A DNA stretch of 64,000 nt. Source: Stegostoma tigrinum. Its lineage: Eukaryota. Shown here one piece after another: positions 1-13,439 of this stretch. Each line of letters begins with the position of its first letter. The first letter of the stretch is position 1. Both the position numbers and the translations under genes were made by a program. The notes beneath the pieces are model-generated. The model did no database searches and had not been told where the DNA came from. It was given only the letters and a program-made list of their open reading frames with translations. The stretch lies in NCBI RefSeq assembly GCF_030684315.1, contig NC_081400.1, positions 3,651,795 through 3,715,794 on the forward strand, written 5' to 3'.

Positions 1-119
1 AGCTTTTCAGCTAAGTAATTCTTCTTTGGAACTGAAGGGGGCTGAAAATGGTGTTTTTACACCGTTTGTGGGACAAGCAACAAGTGGAGCAGATCACCCA
101 AAACAAAAGACAAATAGGG

Positions 120-495
120 AGCGCCAACAGTCTGCCCTGGATCACCCACAGTGATGTGACAGCCAAGAGGGCACAACAATATCTTGACTTCTTCGGGAAG
201 CTAAGCAAATTCGGCATATCCATAAAGACTCTTACCAACTGTAAAATATGCATCATAGAAACCATTCTACCCAATAGCATCATGGCTTGATATAGTAACT
301 GCTCTGTCCAGGACTGTGAGAAACTGCAGAGAGTTGAGAACACAGCCCAATCCATTATGCAAGCCAACCTTCCATCCATTGACTCCAACGACACTTCTCG
401 CTGCCTCGGAAAGGCAACCAATATCATCAAAGATCCCTCCCACCTTGATTGTAATCTCTTCCCACCATCAGGCAGAAGATACAAAGCATATGTAG
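120..495 (+). mobile_element. Rex1/Babar-like LINE 3' fragment, degraded
   Basis: Translation LPWITHSDVTAKRAQQYLDFFGKLSKFGISIKTLTNCKICIIETIL...EKLQRVENTAQSIMQANLPSIDS...PSGRRY resembles the post-RT C-terminal region of Rex1/Babar LINEs; contains stops. Confidence 0.75.
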
Positions 496-920
496 TCTTT
501 ACCTGCCCTCCAGTCTTTAATAGCTGAAAGGCCATTTCGAAATGCATCTCATTACAAGGTAAAGATGACATAGAGTGCAGGGAAATAGATTGTCACCTAT
601 CCTTTGTGAAATATTGTCGGTTGTGAAATGTCTTCACAGAATGGTATAAAAATAGAAACTGATGGAGAAACTCAGTAGACCTGGCTGCAGCTGTTGGAAG
701 AAATCAAAATTCTGTTTTGCTTGACTGAATGGTTTTTATAGCCTTGACAAGACGTCTTCTTTAGCATTTTTCATTTCTTTGTTATTAATAATACTCAATC
801 ATTCAAATGAGATTTTTTTGGAAATGTAACTAAATAAGGACAAAGATCAAAGAGGGCATCTGCGGCACAATGGCATTGTCCCTATCTCTGAGCTAAGAGA
901 TCTAAATTCAAGTCCCAAAT

Positions 921-1170
921 AAAACCAAAAGGACTGCAGATGGTGTAAATCAGGAACAAAAGCAGAATGTGCTGGAAAAGCTCAGCAGATCTGGCACCAT
1001 TGGTGAAGAAAAAAAATCAGAGTTAGCATTTTACGTTCGGTGACCCTTTTTCAGTTCTGAGGAAGTTCTAAGGAAGGGTCAGCAGAATCGAAACACTATC
1101 TCTATTTTTTTTTCTTCACAGATGCTGCCAGACCTGCTGAGCTTTTCCAGAAACTTCTGTTTTTGTTCCT
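921..1170. mobile_element. Palindromic Penelope-end-derived short element, degenerate
   Basis: Inverted arms gctggaaaagctcagcagatctggca / tgccagacctgctgagcttttccag around decayed ctgaggaag...gaaac motifs. Confidence 0.6.
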
Positions 1171-4100
1171 AAGTTCAAGTCCTACCTGCTCCATCTCTGG
1201 AAAAACTGAGTTAAAATGTCAACACTAAGACATCAGATAAAGGGTAATTGTAGTCTTTTACCCAAAAACTGAGACCTCATAGATTTTTAAAAATGCAGGA
1301 TCAGCTATATTTTATCTCATTTGTGAAGTTTACCTAACGTTTCAATATGCACTCAAATTCAACAAGTCTTGACGGAAGGGTAGAGGCCTTGTATATTTAA
1401 GGCAGAGAAAGATAGATTCTTGCTTAGGACAGGAGTCAAGGTTGGAAGGAAAAGGCAGAAAAGTGGACGCGAGGGATTTCGGATCAGCCATGACCTTGTT
1501 GAATAGTGGAGCAGGCTTGAGGAGCCAAATAGCACATTCCTGTTCCTATTTCTTATGATCTTGTGCCATCAACAAAAACAACAGAGCACAGATTTATAAA
1601 CGGATTAAACATATTTATTTTCTTTCATATCCTTCAGTTCATATTCAATGACACCTCCCGAGAGGGCACTGTGTAATTGACATCTGCTGAGTGTGTGTGC
1701 AGTGAGGTCAGTGCAGAAAATTGGCTGACACATCCCTAGGAGAGACTGCACGATTAAAAGCGGCAATGTGCATACAACCTGATCCATACAAACAGTTCTA
1801 ACACTTGACAGCAGGAGATCATTTCAATGTATTTTGTATTGTTCATGCAGGAAAACATGAGAAGTGCTTAGAGTGCTATGCGCGAGAGATAGCACGTGGT
1901 GTACCATTGATAGTGTGAACAGGAGCATAAGGTCTGAAATGGGGTGGGGGTTAATTTGCCACTGAAATGCTGAGTGAGCAGGAGCTGAGGTCATTTAAGC
2001 CAAATGGTAAAACATTGGATGGAATGGATGGTGTGCATCAGAATTGATTGAATTGCTAGAATTAGGATTAGGATGTGCAAAAAAGCTACAAGTGTCAAAG
2101 AATTAGCAAATGCCGAATTGAAGGTCCACTTCAATCATAGTTTGGACAGAGCAGGTTTGAAGAGAATCCGATTCCTTATGAGAATCAAAAGGGAATGGGT
2201 ACAAGTAGCAGATATGTACTGACAGCAGAATGAAGAGGCTTCCCTCTTGCATCGCAGAGCGAGAATAAAATATTAAATTCTCCACCAGAAGTCAGTGAAG
2301 CATGCAGCTGAGTACAAGAAAATGGATTGAGTGTTTGAGAAGAAACAAAACAATGGAAGGATAAGTTGAAGGGTTAGATAGAACTCAATGTAAAACAACT
2401 GGATGGAACGCTTTCAATTCATAATAAAACATCAAATAGAAAGATCAGCATTGCAAAGATGCAGCCCATCAATGATCCACCTGCTTGGTTTGTAAACTAT
2501 GCCTTGCCAGCCACAATAACAATGCATGACATAGTTCGTTTCTTATTTTAAAAATGCTCTGAAAGGACGGAGTGTTTTCTTTGTAATGTGTATAAGGTAG
2601 TGCTCTGAAAACAAATTGGTTTTGTTCCTCTGCAAACGTCACCCTTTCCTCCAATGCAGTGGTTAATGAGTTGCTGGGCGATGCAACTAAAGTGATTTAA
2701 CACAGGGGTAGTCAAGTGCAAGACTGGGAAATAATGGAGCTGCCAGAAACAAAACATGGAAACCATCGAACCAAAGTATTCCGGGGTGGCTGGCAGTGCA
2801 AGCATGAACAGGCTGCACGGTGGCAAAAGCAGGCATCCTGGGGCAGCAGCAGGGGCAAGGTTGAGCCCAGAGCGGGGATGGTCAATCTGTTCCGTGGGGT
2901 GCAAGCCCAGCATAGCTAGACCCTTATGGATTCTGGTGTTGAACTGGTAACTATGTTTCTTCTTTATCTGCCTTTTAGTAAGATAGATTGTAATGTTTAA
3001 CATCTTAATATATTTGCTTTGTTTTACTGTTTTATGCCAAGATTCTGTACCTAGGGACCTTTCTACCTAAGATGGTGACTTAAGATGGTAAACTGTTCAC
3101 CATATCCATGTGAGTACATGTGAAACAAACCTAATCAATACCTTGAAGGAAATGGTTGGCCTGTTGCTAAGTGTCTTTTGAGAACATTAACAACCCTTGG
3201 TGTAAGTAAGATGCTGGAACCAGAGGACTGAGATTGCATTTGCTGTGTTAGAAAGACTAGGACATGACTTTGATTTTCTTTGTTCTTAACTTTTTTTAAT
3301 TAGACATTAAATCGAGTGAACAGGATATTTCTCTGCACTCTTTAAATTGTCTCAGATCTTGGACTAAGTCACTCCATAGCTAAATGTCTCTGTCAGCAAA
3401 CTAAGTTAAGAAGCATAAATTCTGCTTGACCAAAACATATATATGGAACCATTATAATCTCAGGTATTTATGCCTGAAATAGCATAACATAAGAAATCTA
3501 GAACAAATGTCAACTATAACATTCAGAAGTTGCCAGATGTGGTGAGCAGTAGATCAAAACCTTACTTCTGCCCTCCATTTCTAGGCCATCATGAGCCCCT
3601 CTTTTGCCTGGCTCCTCAGTAGTTTGCAAACTCAACAGGTCATTAACATATGTCTGACTGTTAGAGCAAGGAAGATGAAAATTATTCGAGAGAAGAAAGC
3701 AAGTCATTGCAACTTTGTTGATGTAATATTCAGTTTTGAGCTTCTGGCAACTTGATCAAAGGTCAAAGTCACATTGAGGAAGAAAGAACAGTGTGTGGCT
3801 GACAAACTCAGCACAGTTGAAATACTGCATACAAATACGACTCTAAGAAAACAGCGCAAAATGACAATTGTTGGTCTGCTTACGTTCGATCTGCTTGATA
3901 ATAACTGAGAAATCCACTAACGATATAGCTACCAGGTAGTGAGTGCTGCCAGAAAAGAGGCTGCAATTACCACCTGCGATAGGATCATGGTTGCTATTAG
4001 CGTAATTATTAGGAGAAAAGTGTATAAAAAATATTCACAAACATTCCAATTATCATTGCACAATGATAATGACATTATACAGTAGATTAAATCTTATTTC

Positions 4101-5159
4101 TCTTTAGGTTCTGCTAACTAAATGGAGGTTTACTTTTATAACTCAAATACAATGAGAATTTTGCAATTTTAAAACAGGTGCTGCATAATTCTGAGCTGTG
4201 CAATACAATGCTCCTTTCTTTAATGAGTGAGTGCGAGAATTCAATCCTGAGTAGCACTAAGAGTATTTTAGTTCATGAAACTCTGTCTGACAACATCCTT
4301 TGACTGTTCAAGCTACAATGTGTTCAAAAAAAGAGTGACAGAGCAGCAACAGAAAGAAAGCATCCGGGCACAAAGCATCCATTTATCCCTCCTCAATCAT
4401 AAACAAAAAAGTTATCAGAAAAAATAGAAATAATTCTAAAACAAGATAACACCTGACTCCTCCTGATTGCAAAAACAGCAAGTCACAGTCATAGAGACAT
4501 ACAGCATTAAAGATCCCATTCAGCACATCAACTCTGTGCCAACCTATCTCTACTCTTTCCACTTTCCAGCACTTGACCCACAGTCAAAGCTAAAGTCACA
4601 TTTTAGAAACAAATAAGATAGGGTGAACAAGGTTCAGACAATCAAAAGTGACTGATTGTCTGAACCTTGTTCACCTTAGCTTATTTGTTTCTAAACAATA
4701 TATGTGCCTTAAATATGCATGGCACAGGAGCACAACTACTTTCAAGTTCTCCTCCAAGCCACTCACCATCCTGGCTTGGAAATATATCACTGTTCCTTTA
4801 CTGTCACTGGCTCAAATCCTGGAATTCCCTCCCTAAGAGCATTATGTGTCAGCACACAGCAGGTGGGCTACAGCGGTTCAAGACTACAGCTCATCATCAC
4901 CATATCGAGAGCGAATAGGAACAGGCAATAAATGCTGGCCTGCCAACGATGCCCACATAATGCATAAATGATTTTCTAAACTCTTTTGTGTTTATTTGTT
5001 ATAATCAAAAATGATTATGTGTGATTTGGGGGTTTTGAATGGGAGAAGTAGCTTGTCGAATAATAGAAGATAAATTGTTTCTTTGTTCTGCTCTTGTTAA
5101 TCTTAGCTGTGTAATTATAATAGTTATTTCTCCATTATTGATGAACCTTCGTCGGAGGC

Positions 5160-5199
5160 TCACTGATGATGTTACCTAGAATGGTGACGAAACATCTGA
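5160..5199 (+). ncRNA. Minimal hammerhead-ribozyme-like motif, second Penelope-type family
   Basis: tca-CTGATGA-t-GTTACC-tagaat-GGTGAC-GAAAC-aTC-tga: 3-bp stem I, 6-bp stem II, conserved core; G->A at the GUC triplet is consistent with CpG decay. Confidence 0.55.
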
Positions 5200-5546
5200 A
5201 AATGAACCTTCCAGCTCAGCGAGCAATCTCACATCCAGTAACTTCAGTTGCTGTGTGAATTGAATTAGCAACACTCTGTATGACAAACCAGTTGCCAAGC
5301 CATCAGATCTAACCAATCCCCCAGAATCAGGTGACATACTCAACTGAATTACTGCCAGTTTAATTATCTTAATCAGTTAAGTATGCTCATACTTTTGAGG
5401 TTTTCCAAATTCACCTCAGAGCGAATTATAATCTATCTACATCGAATTACCTCGGCTGTTGTAATCCATGTTTAATTTTTGCAGTGTAACAAACCAAATG
5501 GAAAAGAAATGTTATAAATATTATTTCCCTGCAAGATCTCGCTGTG

Positions 5547-5553
5547 TATAAAA
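5547..5553 (+). promoter_or_regulatory. TATA box of the GPCR (pseudo)gene
   Basis: TATAAAA about 90 nt upstream of ATG 5636. Confidence 0.5.
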
Positions 5554-5635
5554 ACTCTGGGAAATGAACATGTCAGAGTTCACATCATACACAGATTTCT
5601 TTCAGCAGAGAAGGGCAGGTTTATTCACAGGGAAA

Positions 5636-8290
5636 ATGCAGATTCTCAGGCAATCAATTGCAAAAACATACTGGGCCGTCCGTGCAATGGTCGGTGTCCC
5701 TGGTAAGTGACTATTAGCATTGAAGTTGTATCAATTTGTTTTGGGAAAGTTTCTGGCTTTTGTGAGGGAGAATGTTGCCAACTTTATTACTGATCCTGGT
5801 TAAAACGAGATATGATTCAGGAAAATCAATGCATTACTTGTTGTTCTAGATAACATCTGCAACTTTGCTCACTTGCCTCAACTCAAAGTAAGACTGTCGG
5901 TCACAGGTTTGATGAATTATCAAAGTATTGGATGTTATTGGGACGATGTAAAGAAGCGTAGAAAATAGTAGCAGGGCTTGCTCATTTGGTCCTTTGAGCT
6001 TGCTCGGCCCCTCAATGTGATCATGGTTAAACCTTCAACTCAGATCCTGTTCCCACTTTCTTCCCCAATACACTTTTATCCATTTTGAACAATATCTATC
6101 TCCTTCTTGAAAACATTCACTGCCTTGGCTTCAAATGTTTTCTGTGGCAGAGATTTCCACAGGCTTACAACTCTGACGTTTCTCCTCATTTCAATCCTAC
6201 TCAATACCATTAGACTGTGACCTCTGGTCTGGCCTCCCCAACCATCAAGAACACCCATCCTGCATTTGTCTTGTTTCATCCTGTTAGAAATTTATAGGTT
6301 TATCTCAGGCAATGTCCTAATCTGCGTGGAAGCCAGTATCGCTGTAATAGGCAATAGATTGAGTGCTGGACATCTCCAAACAAGACCAGAGATACTTGTC
6401 AGGCGCTGGTGCACTATTACAAAAATAGAACTGGGCCCATGAGGATTTCCCATCCTGGGGCCTATTCAAGTCTGCTATTACTCTAACCTGGTTAACATTC
6501 TGAGTCCAGTCCAATGTTTCTTATCTCAGGCAGCTCTCAAGATTTTGCGATGGGATTGTGTCATTGATTGCCCCCTGACATGAGAAGGGTTCTGACTTCT
6601 GAGATGTGTGGGATGCAATATTTGTGTGTGGTGTGGGCAGTTGCCTATATCTAGGCGTGTTTTGGTATATTGAGAGACCTTCTGCCTTGAGGTGGTGCTC
6701 CAAATTCCTTTGTGCGACTATGAAAGCTTCTTGAACCAGAGAAATGATCCCTGCTTCGATATCTTCGTGCAAGTAGACAGGATTATAAAACATCTCGTAT
6801 CCAATGGAACTTTCTGTGTTCAAGGGCTTTCCACACTTGCCTTTGGCTGGACATCTCTGGATATTTGCAACACTACCTAGTCAAAACCAACATGTGGGTC
6901 TCCTATCCAGAGGTATCTTTCAGTCTAGATGCCTGTCTTATTTTCAGAAATAGTCTAAATCCAGATGGTACATTTTGATCTACAGAAGTGACCCTATTCT
7001 GCAAGAGGTCTGGTAGCTCTGGGAAATTCTCTGCCCCTGGGAGAGGAACTCCTTTCTTCAGAAGTGGTACAAGTCAAGAGTGAGGATCTCCTAATTTGAG
7101 CAGTGAATGAGTCCCAGGCACTCCAAATTTTATTGTGCCTTCTTATCCATTTCTTGCTCAATGCTGGGTAACTGCTGCAGCTTTGATAAATTGCTGAGTG
7201 AGCATAGTGGACGGAAACTGTGGTCATCGTTGAAATGCTTTAACATCAGAATTGATGCCAGTCCACTGGTTTCAAATGATATATTGCATCCTTAACTGTC
7301 TAGGCACAAATACTGGAAATGCTTGATGCCTAATTCTCAGACATTTCTCCCATCTGTTTCTTTTTTTTTTTGCAGTTAATTTGGTATCGATTGTGATCCT
7401 GTCCCGGGAACATGTGGTCTCTCTAATTGCACCTCTTGCTTTATGGTGGCTATGGCAGTAGCAGATCGCTCTGTCATTATTACTGAAGTAATACTAAGGC
7501 AATTCAATTGATATTATTTTCAATTAGTTTCCTGGACATCACCCCTGTGTGCCACATTCACTATATCCTCATATACGCAGCAAGAGACTGGTCTGTCTGG
7601 TATACTGTCACTTTTACCTTTGATAGATTTGTTGCCATTTGTTCTTTAAGGATGAAAAGTACATATTGCACTGTAAAAACAGCAGCCATGGTTCTTGCAA
7701 CATGCTCTGTGTTGCTCTGTCTAAAAAACATCCCTTACTGCTTTGTATATGAGCCTGAGAAAATCATAAACAACGTCTCCTAGTTCTGTAATGTGAAGTC
7801 AAGCTATTATACTAAGACTGCATGGGTAGGATTTGATTCATTTGTTGCAGTTATAAGCCCATTTCTACAGTTTGCTTTAATTCTTTTGTTCAATGTTTTG
7901 ACTGTTCAACACATTTTGACCACCAGTCAAATCCACAAGGCCCTAAAAGGTCAAACCACAGGAGAAAATCTAAGTGACCCAGAAACGGGCAGCAGAAGGA
8001 AGTCTGCGATTTTACTTTTAGCTGTATCAGGGAGCTTCATACTTTTGTGGCTGATGTATGTTTTACGCATCTTTGATATCTCAGACCGCTTAGATCATGA
8101 TTCATTTTACACCTTCGGGCAAGTTGGATTCATGCTGTCCAATTTAAGTAACTGTATAAATACATTTATTTACATGACAACTCAGTCCAAGTTCAGAAGC
8201 CGTTTCAAAAGCATGATGAAATATCTGCTTGCATTGACCTTTCAATTAATCAATGTGCCTAGCAGGAGGGGCAGACCAAACATACAGTAG
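5636..8290 (+). pseudogene. GPR139/GPR142-like orphan class A GPCR pseudogene, two exons (5636-5702, 7376-8290)
   Basis: Exon 1 MQILRQSIAKTYWAVRAMVGVP-G|gtaagt; acceptor (t)12gcag; exon 2 VNLVSIVILSR..CGLSNCT..MVAMAVAD..FLDITPVC..FTFDRFVAIC (DRY-like)..SRRKS..NCINTFIY (NPxxY-like). Lesions: frameshift near 7408, TGA 7509-7511, frameshift near 7520, TAG 7781-7783. Confidence 0.85.
6320..7330 (-). mobile_element. Highly degraded LINE fragment, probably RTE clade, in the GPCR intron
   Basis: Minus-strand peptides FRLFLKIRQASR and ALEHRKFHWIRDVL resemble the RTE C-terminal CLRRILKIxW and RxLRWxGHVL motifs; many stops and frameshifts. Confidence 0.35.
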
Positions 8291-9735
8291 CTAAAAGCTA
8301 GCTGTGAAACCAGCAGACTCAAAGCTAAAGGTTATGATGAGTTTTATAGGCAACGAGAAATAAAAGGTCTTTCTCCAGAGCAGTGTGATGGCACTCTGCT
8401 TTAAGAGATTTATTTTGTCCTGCAGAGGCTGTCTATTTCAATCCAATAAAGTTATCAGCTTGTGAGCCCATGGGTTTTTTATTTAAGCTGGAACATAGAA
8501 GCAGCCTGAATGAGAGTGACAAGCTCCTACAGAACCAGGATTTTTGGTTTTATACTTTCCACAGCATTGGTTGTATCTTGAAGCTGGGGGGCAGCTGCAG
8601 TAAATCTCTCCTTAATACTCTCTATCGCAAGAGTTTTCTCTTGATGTTTAGTCCTCCTGCTGTTGGCGTTGAATATGAGATGATATTTCTTTTGAACTTG
8701 CCTCTTGTCAGATGTCTGCTTATGGGATATTATTATTTTGGAAGTTACTGTTTCGTGGTGAAATGATCTATTATTCTGTTAAGTGTTCAATAGAGATAAG
8801 TTATTTACTTTTTCTTTTTTTCTTTTGTTGTATTTGAATGGGAACATAAGAACAAAGTGTGTTTTGCTTAAAGTTCAGTATTTTAACCAGTTGAATTGCA
8901 TTTGGAGCGCAACATTTTGCACTTGCCTTTAAAAAAATAAGGAAAGGTTTGGTTCTAGACTATCTTCTAAATATATTTTGAGAGGGGCTAGTCTGGTAAC
9001 AAATTGAAGCTTCTTGTCAGGATCAAAATCTTCAATTCCAGGTTGGGTTTAGGATTGTTGAACCCAAAGGCAGTGAGTGGTATGTGTTAGTGTTTCTACT
9101 TTTTTTATTTTGAGTGTTCAATTCAGCTGCATTAAACAAGGTGCACCTTGTGTAATAATGGCTCTTTCAGTCACTAAGAGTTTTCTGGTAGTGGAGGAGG
9201 TCACTTCGGAAGTTTAACAGAAAGTGAGCAAGGCAAAGATTTCCGAATTGGCAAACGAGCTAGAGTTAGGGTTGCCTGTGTCTGTAAGGATAGGGGAAAC
9301 AATTCGAACAATCACGCAGCATTTACAGTTCCAGGAATGCCATCAGAATATTGGGAAATGGCTAAAGTGTAATTGGAAATGAAGCTGCTTGAACATGAAA
9401 AGGAAATGAAACAGTCTGAATTATGGTTCAAAGCAGAGGGAAAGGAAAGAGAGGAAGGCCCGAGCAGATGTTAAGGAGAAACAGAGCGAAGAAAGGGAGA
9501 AAGACAGTTGTTGAACTTCAGAGGTTAGAACTGAAAGCTCAATGTCGATTTTAAATGTCTGGGTAAAGAGTAGATGTAGTGATGCAGACAGTAATGGTAG
9601 CAATCCCATCATACCCAGGCCTTGTGGGAATCTGTTTAAATATGTCCAAACTTTCGATGAGATGGATGTAGAAGACTTTTCATTTCATTTCAGGAAGTGG
9701 CTACTCAAATGAAGTGACTGGTGGTTATTCGGATT
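8254..9735 (+). mobile_element. Gypsy (Gmr1-like) LTR retrotransposon remnant: LTR, decayed PBS, truncated gag
   Basis: LTR-like block ending ...TAACA near 9001, decayed PBS-like sequence, then gag-like ATG 9158 MALSVTKSFLVVEEVT..KVSKAKISELANELELGLP.., an E/K-rich coil and FDEMDVEDFFISF..QMK*; left boundary uncertain. Confidence 0.6.
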
Positions 9736-10494
9736 TCGTCCTCTGGTCTCACTAGCCCATAATGTCTGGTTCTCTTTTTTTCTCCCACTCTCTCTCTCTG
9801 TTTGTGTCTTTCACACCCTATCCCTCTATTTCTCCCACTTTCCCTAGTCAGAATGAAAGTGTGCTAACTCTGTCTAGAGAAACCTAGGTCAGCAATAATA
9901 TTGCCAGGAGACCAGACCTAATGTGGGAGCACGGCACAATTCCCAGGCAAACTACTGTTTTAGTTTAACATTGCTTACTGTATGCCTTTCTCTCTGGAAG
10001 CCATTTAAAGAAACCTGAGACTGTTTTCAAAATCTGAATCAAGTTTGACCCCAAATCTTCGCACCAGCATGAAGGCATACAATTTTCACTCTCCGATGTC
10101 CCGTTTCAAAAATCTCCCCTAACTCTGTAACCTCTTCCAATCCCTCAGCCCTCCCTCATTAACCTCCTCCAGTCCCAGGCCCTCCCTATCTCTGTCAGCT
10201 CATGTAGCCCCAGTCTCCTCCTCCACAATCTGCTTTAACCTCATCCCATCTCTGTCACCTCCTCCCGTCCCATACCGCTCACTATCTCTGCAATCTCCTC
10301 TAGCCCCTACCCTTCAGCTCTGTCACCTCCTCCCACCCGTATACCCCTCCCTGTCTTGAGACTTGTCCCAGCAATATAGACCTTGCAAACTCCATCAGCA
10401 CCATAGGCCTCAATAAACTGTACATTCCAGCCACTTATGAGCTGCGGGTGCCTCATGATGTTTAGATGGCACCTATGTATTTTATTAAATTGAT

Positions 10495-10850
10495 TCACAG
10501 ACTGTGAGCACCACTAGCTAAGCAAACATTAATGGCCTCTCCCTAATTGGCCAGAGGGCAGTTAAGAGTCAACTATGGTATTGTGAATTAGGAATCACGC
10601 ATAGTCTAGACCAGGTAAAGGCAGCATATTTCCTTCTCCCAAGGATTTTAGTGACCCAAATGGTTTTTTGCCTCTCCAACATTGGCACTAGTTTCATGGT
10701 CATCATTAGACGTTACTCCAACATTTTGTTAAATCCAAATTCCACATCTGCTCTGGTGCAATTTGAACCCACATCCCTGGAGCATTACCTGGATTCCTGC
10801 ATTGATAGGCTGGCGATAATATCACTGGGCCATCACCTCCAGCATGGGAT
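10495..10850. mobile_element. Common L2/SINE-like repeat fragment
   Basis: ctaattg..gggcagttaagagtcaac..gagtcac..agaccaggtaa..gtcatcattagac block, recurring at 24580-24930, 36590-36830 and (reverse) 54900-55240. Confidence 0.55.
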
Positions 10851-10969
10851 ATAGGATTTGATTGCCCATTGTGCTCTTCGATCACTCTGTCTTTGCTCAT
10901 GTGTCTTACCCTCTGTCTCTGTCTCACCCTTCTCTCTCTCGCATGCTCACTCTCTCACTCTCTCCATCA

Positions 10970-12930
10970 GTTTTAGAATGTTCATCAGAGGAAGAAGGAC
11001 GCTTACGTAATGTTTAGGAAACAAGGAACAGAAAAGGCTCTAGAAGGATACAAGTTATCGAGGAAAGAGCTGAAAGAAAGGGCTTCGGAGAGCTATAAGG
11101 GGGCATGAGAAAACCTTGCCAGATCGGATCAAGGAAACTCCAAGGCTTTTTACACATACATGAATTAAAGAAAGACCAGAGAAAGGGTAGGGCTGATCAA
11201 GGATTGTAAAGGGAGTTTGCGCACAGAACCTAATGACATAGGAGAGACCCTTAATGAATGCTTTTCTTCGGTATTCACGACTGAGAGGGACCTAGTTGTA
11301 GAGGAAGACAGTGTGAAACAGGCTGGCAGGCTAGAGGAGGTCGATGTTAGTAAGGAAGATGCACAAGGAATTTTGAGGAGCTTGAAGATAGACAGGTCCC
11401 CCAGGCCTGGTGCGATTTATCCAAGGATTTTGTGGGAAGCAAGGGAAGAGATTGCAGGCCTTTGGCAATGATCTTTTCATCCTGAGCTGACCACGGGTAA
11501 AGTGCCAGAAGTTTGGAGAGAGTCAAATGTTCAAAAAAGGAAATAGGGATAAGCCTGGAAATTACAGACCAGTTAGTCTGATGTCAGTGGTGGGCAAATT
11601 ATTGGAAAGGGCTCTGAGAGTTAGGATTTATGATCACTTGGAAAGGCACGGTCTGATTTGTGAATATCAGCAATAATTTGTGAGGGGTAGATCATGCCTC
11701 ACAAACCTTATTGAATTCTTTGAAGAGGTGATCAAACACATGGATGAAGGTAGAGCAGTGGATGTGGTATACATCGATTTAAGTAAGGTGTTTGATAAGG
11801 TTTCCCATGGTAGGCTCATGCAGAAGTTAAGGAGGCATGGGATATAGTTAAATGTGACAGTGGGATTCAGAATTGGCTGACCCTTAAAAGACAAAGGGTG
11901 GTAGTGGTCAGAAACTTTTCAACATGGTGCTCAGTTACAAGTAGTGTACCACAGGATCTGTTCTGGGTCCTCTTCTATTTGTGATTTTTGTAAATGATTT
12001 GAATGAAGGAGTGGAAGCGTGGATTCGTAAGATCGCGGGCAAAATGAAGGTGGGTCGAGTTGTGGACAGTGCAGTAGGCTGTTCTAGGTTACAAAGGGAC
12101 ATTGATAGGGTGCAGAACTGGGCTGAGAAGTGGCAACTGGGGTTTAACCCTGAAAAGTATGAGGTGATTCATTTTGGAAGGACAAATTTGAAAGTAGAGT
12201 ATAGGGTTAACAGTAAGATTCTTGGCAGTCTGGAGGAGCGGAGGTATCTTGGGATTCATATCCTCAGTTCCCCGAAATCTGCCACCCAGGTGGATAGAAT
12301 TGTTAAGAAGGCGTATGGTGTGTTAGTTTTCATTAATAGAGGGATTGAGTTCAAGAGCCGTGAAGTTGTGCTCCAGCTGACAAAACCCTGGTTTGGACAC
12401 ATCTGGAGTATTGTGTCCAGTTCTGGTCCCCTCATTACAGGAAAAATGTGGAAGCGCTGGGAAAGGTGCAGAGGAGATTTACCAGGATGTTGCCTGGAAT
12501 GGAGGGAAGGTCTGACGAGGAAAGATTGAGAGAGCCAGGGCTTTTCTCTTTAAAACGACAGAGGATGAGAGGTGACTTGATAGAGGTGTACAAAATGATC
12601 AGAGGTATAAATAGAGTGGGCAGCCAGAGACGTTTTCCTAGGATGGAGGTAACTATTACGAGGGGCATAGTTTTAAAGTGAGTGGAGGTAGATACGAGGG
12701 AGACATGAGAGATAGGTTCTTTACTCAGAGAGTAGTAGAGGCGTGGAATGCATTGCCGGCGAGGGTAGTGGGGTCGGCCTCATTGGAGGCATTTAAGCGG
12801 CTATTAGATAGGTATATGGGTGATAGTATTAAGTAAAGGTGAAGGTTAGACAGACCTTAGGATTTGGGTAAAAGTTCGGCACAACATCGTGGGCCGAAGG
12901 GCCCGTACTGCGCTGCGTTGTGTATGTTCT
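10970..12930 (+). mobile_element. CR1 LINE, 5'-truncated (RT and 3' end), disrupted
   Basis: LKIDRSPRPGAIYPRILWEAREEIA, NYRPVSL, LTNLIEFFEEV, LQRDIDRVQNWAEKWQ, RGDLIEVYKMIRG; 3' tail gggccgaagggcccgtactg...tatgttct. Confidence 0.9.
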
Positions 12931-13439
12931 CAGTTCACTGGGCCGATTGCAGTAGCATACGTTTGCCAGAAGAGGGCAGCATTGCGTCACTCTAACCTGA
13001 AGAAGGTTTACGAGGCCAGAAATGGAAACTATGCTTTCTCACTTTAGATGCTGCCAGACATTGTAGTTTATGATTTTCAGCATCCACAATTCTTTGTTCA
13101 ACTTTAAGAAGAGGAACTGGCAGGGAGGCTTTGACCTCCTGCATGCAATTGCCTCTAACCCATGACAAAAGCTCAGCACCAGCCTATGATAACTTCAGAA
13201 TTTGCAAAGAACACATCAAATCTGCGTGTAAAATACGTTGGGTGTGCTTTCGAGCTAATGCACAAACGACAGCATCTTGGATTATGGGGAAGAGCTGGGG
13301 TGGGGGCTTCAGAGGCATGCAAAGACTAGGATTCACTTTCCCAAACGAGGCAAAATCGCTTTAAAACGGCAACTCGCTTAAACCATTCTTAACCCTCCAC
13401 CTCATTGCCTCATTGAGCAAATTATGCCGCTTTGCTGAG

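Noticed and set aside
6960-7230. RHN and PD..D motifs suggesting an R2/NeSL-type restriction-like endonuclease
   Set aside because: The motifs lie in different frames and the flanking peptides fit an RTE C-terminus better.
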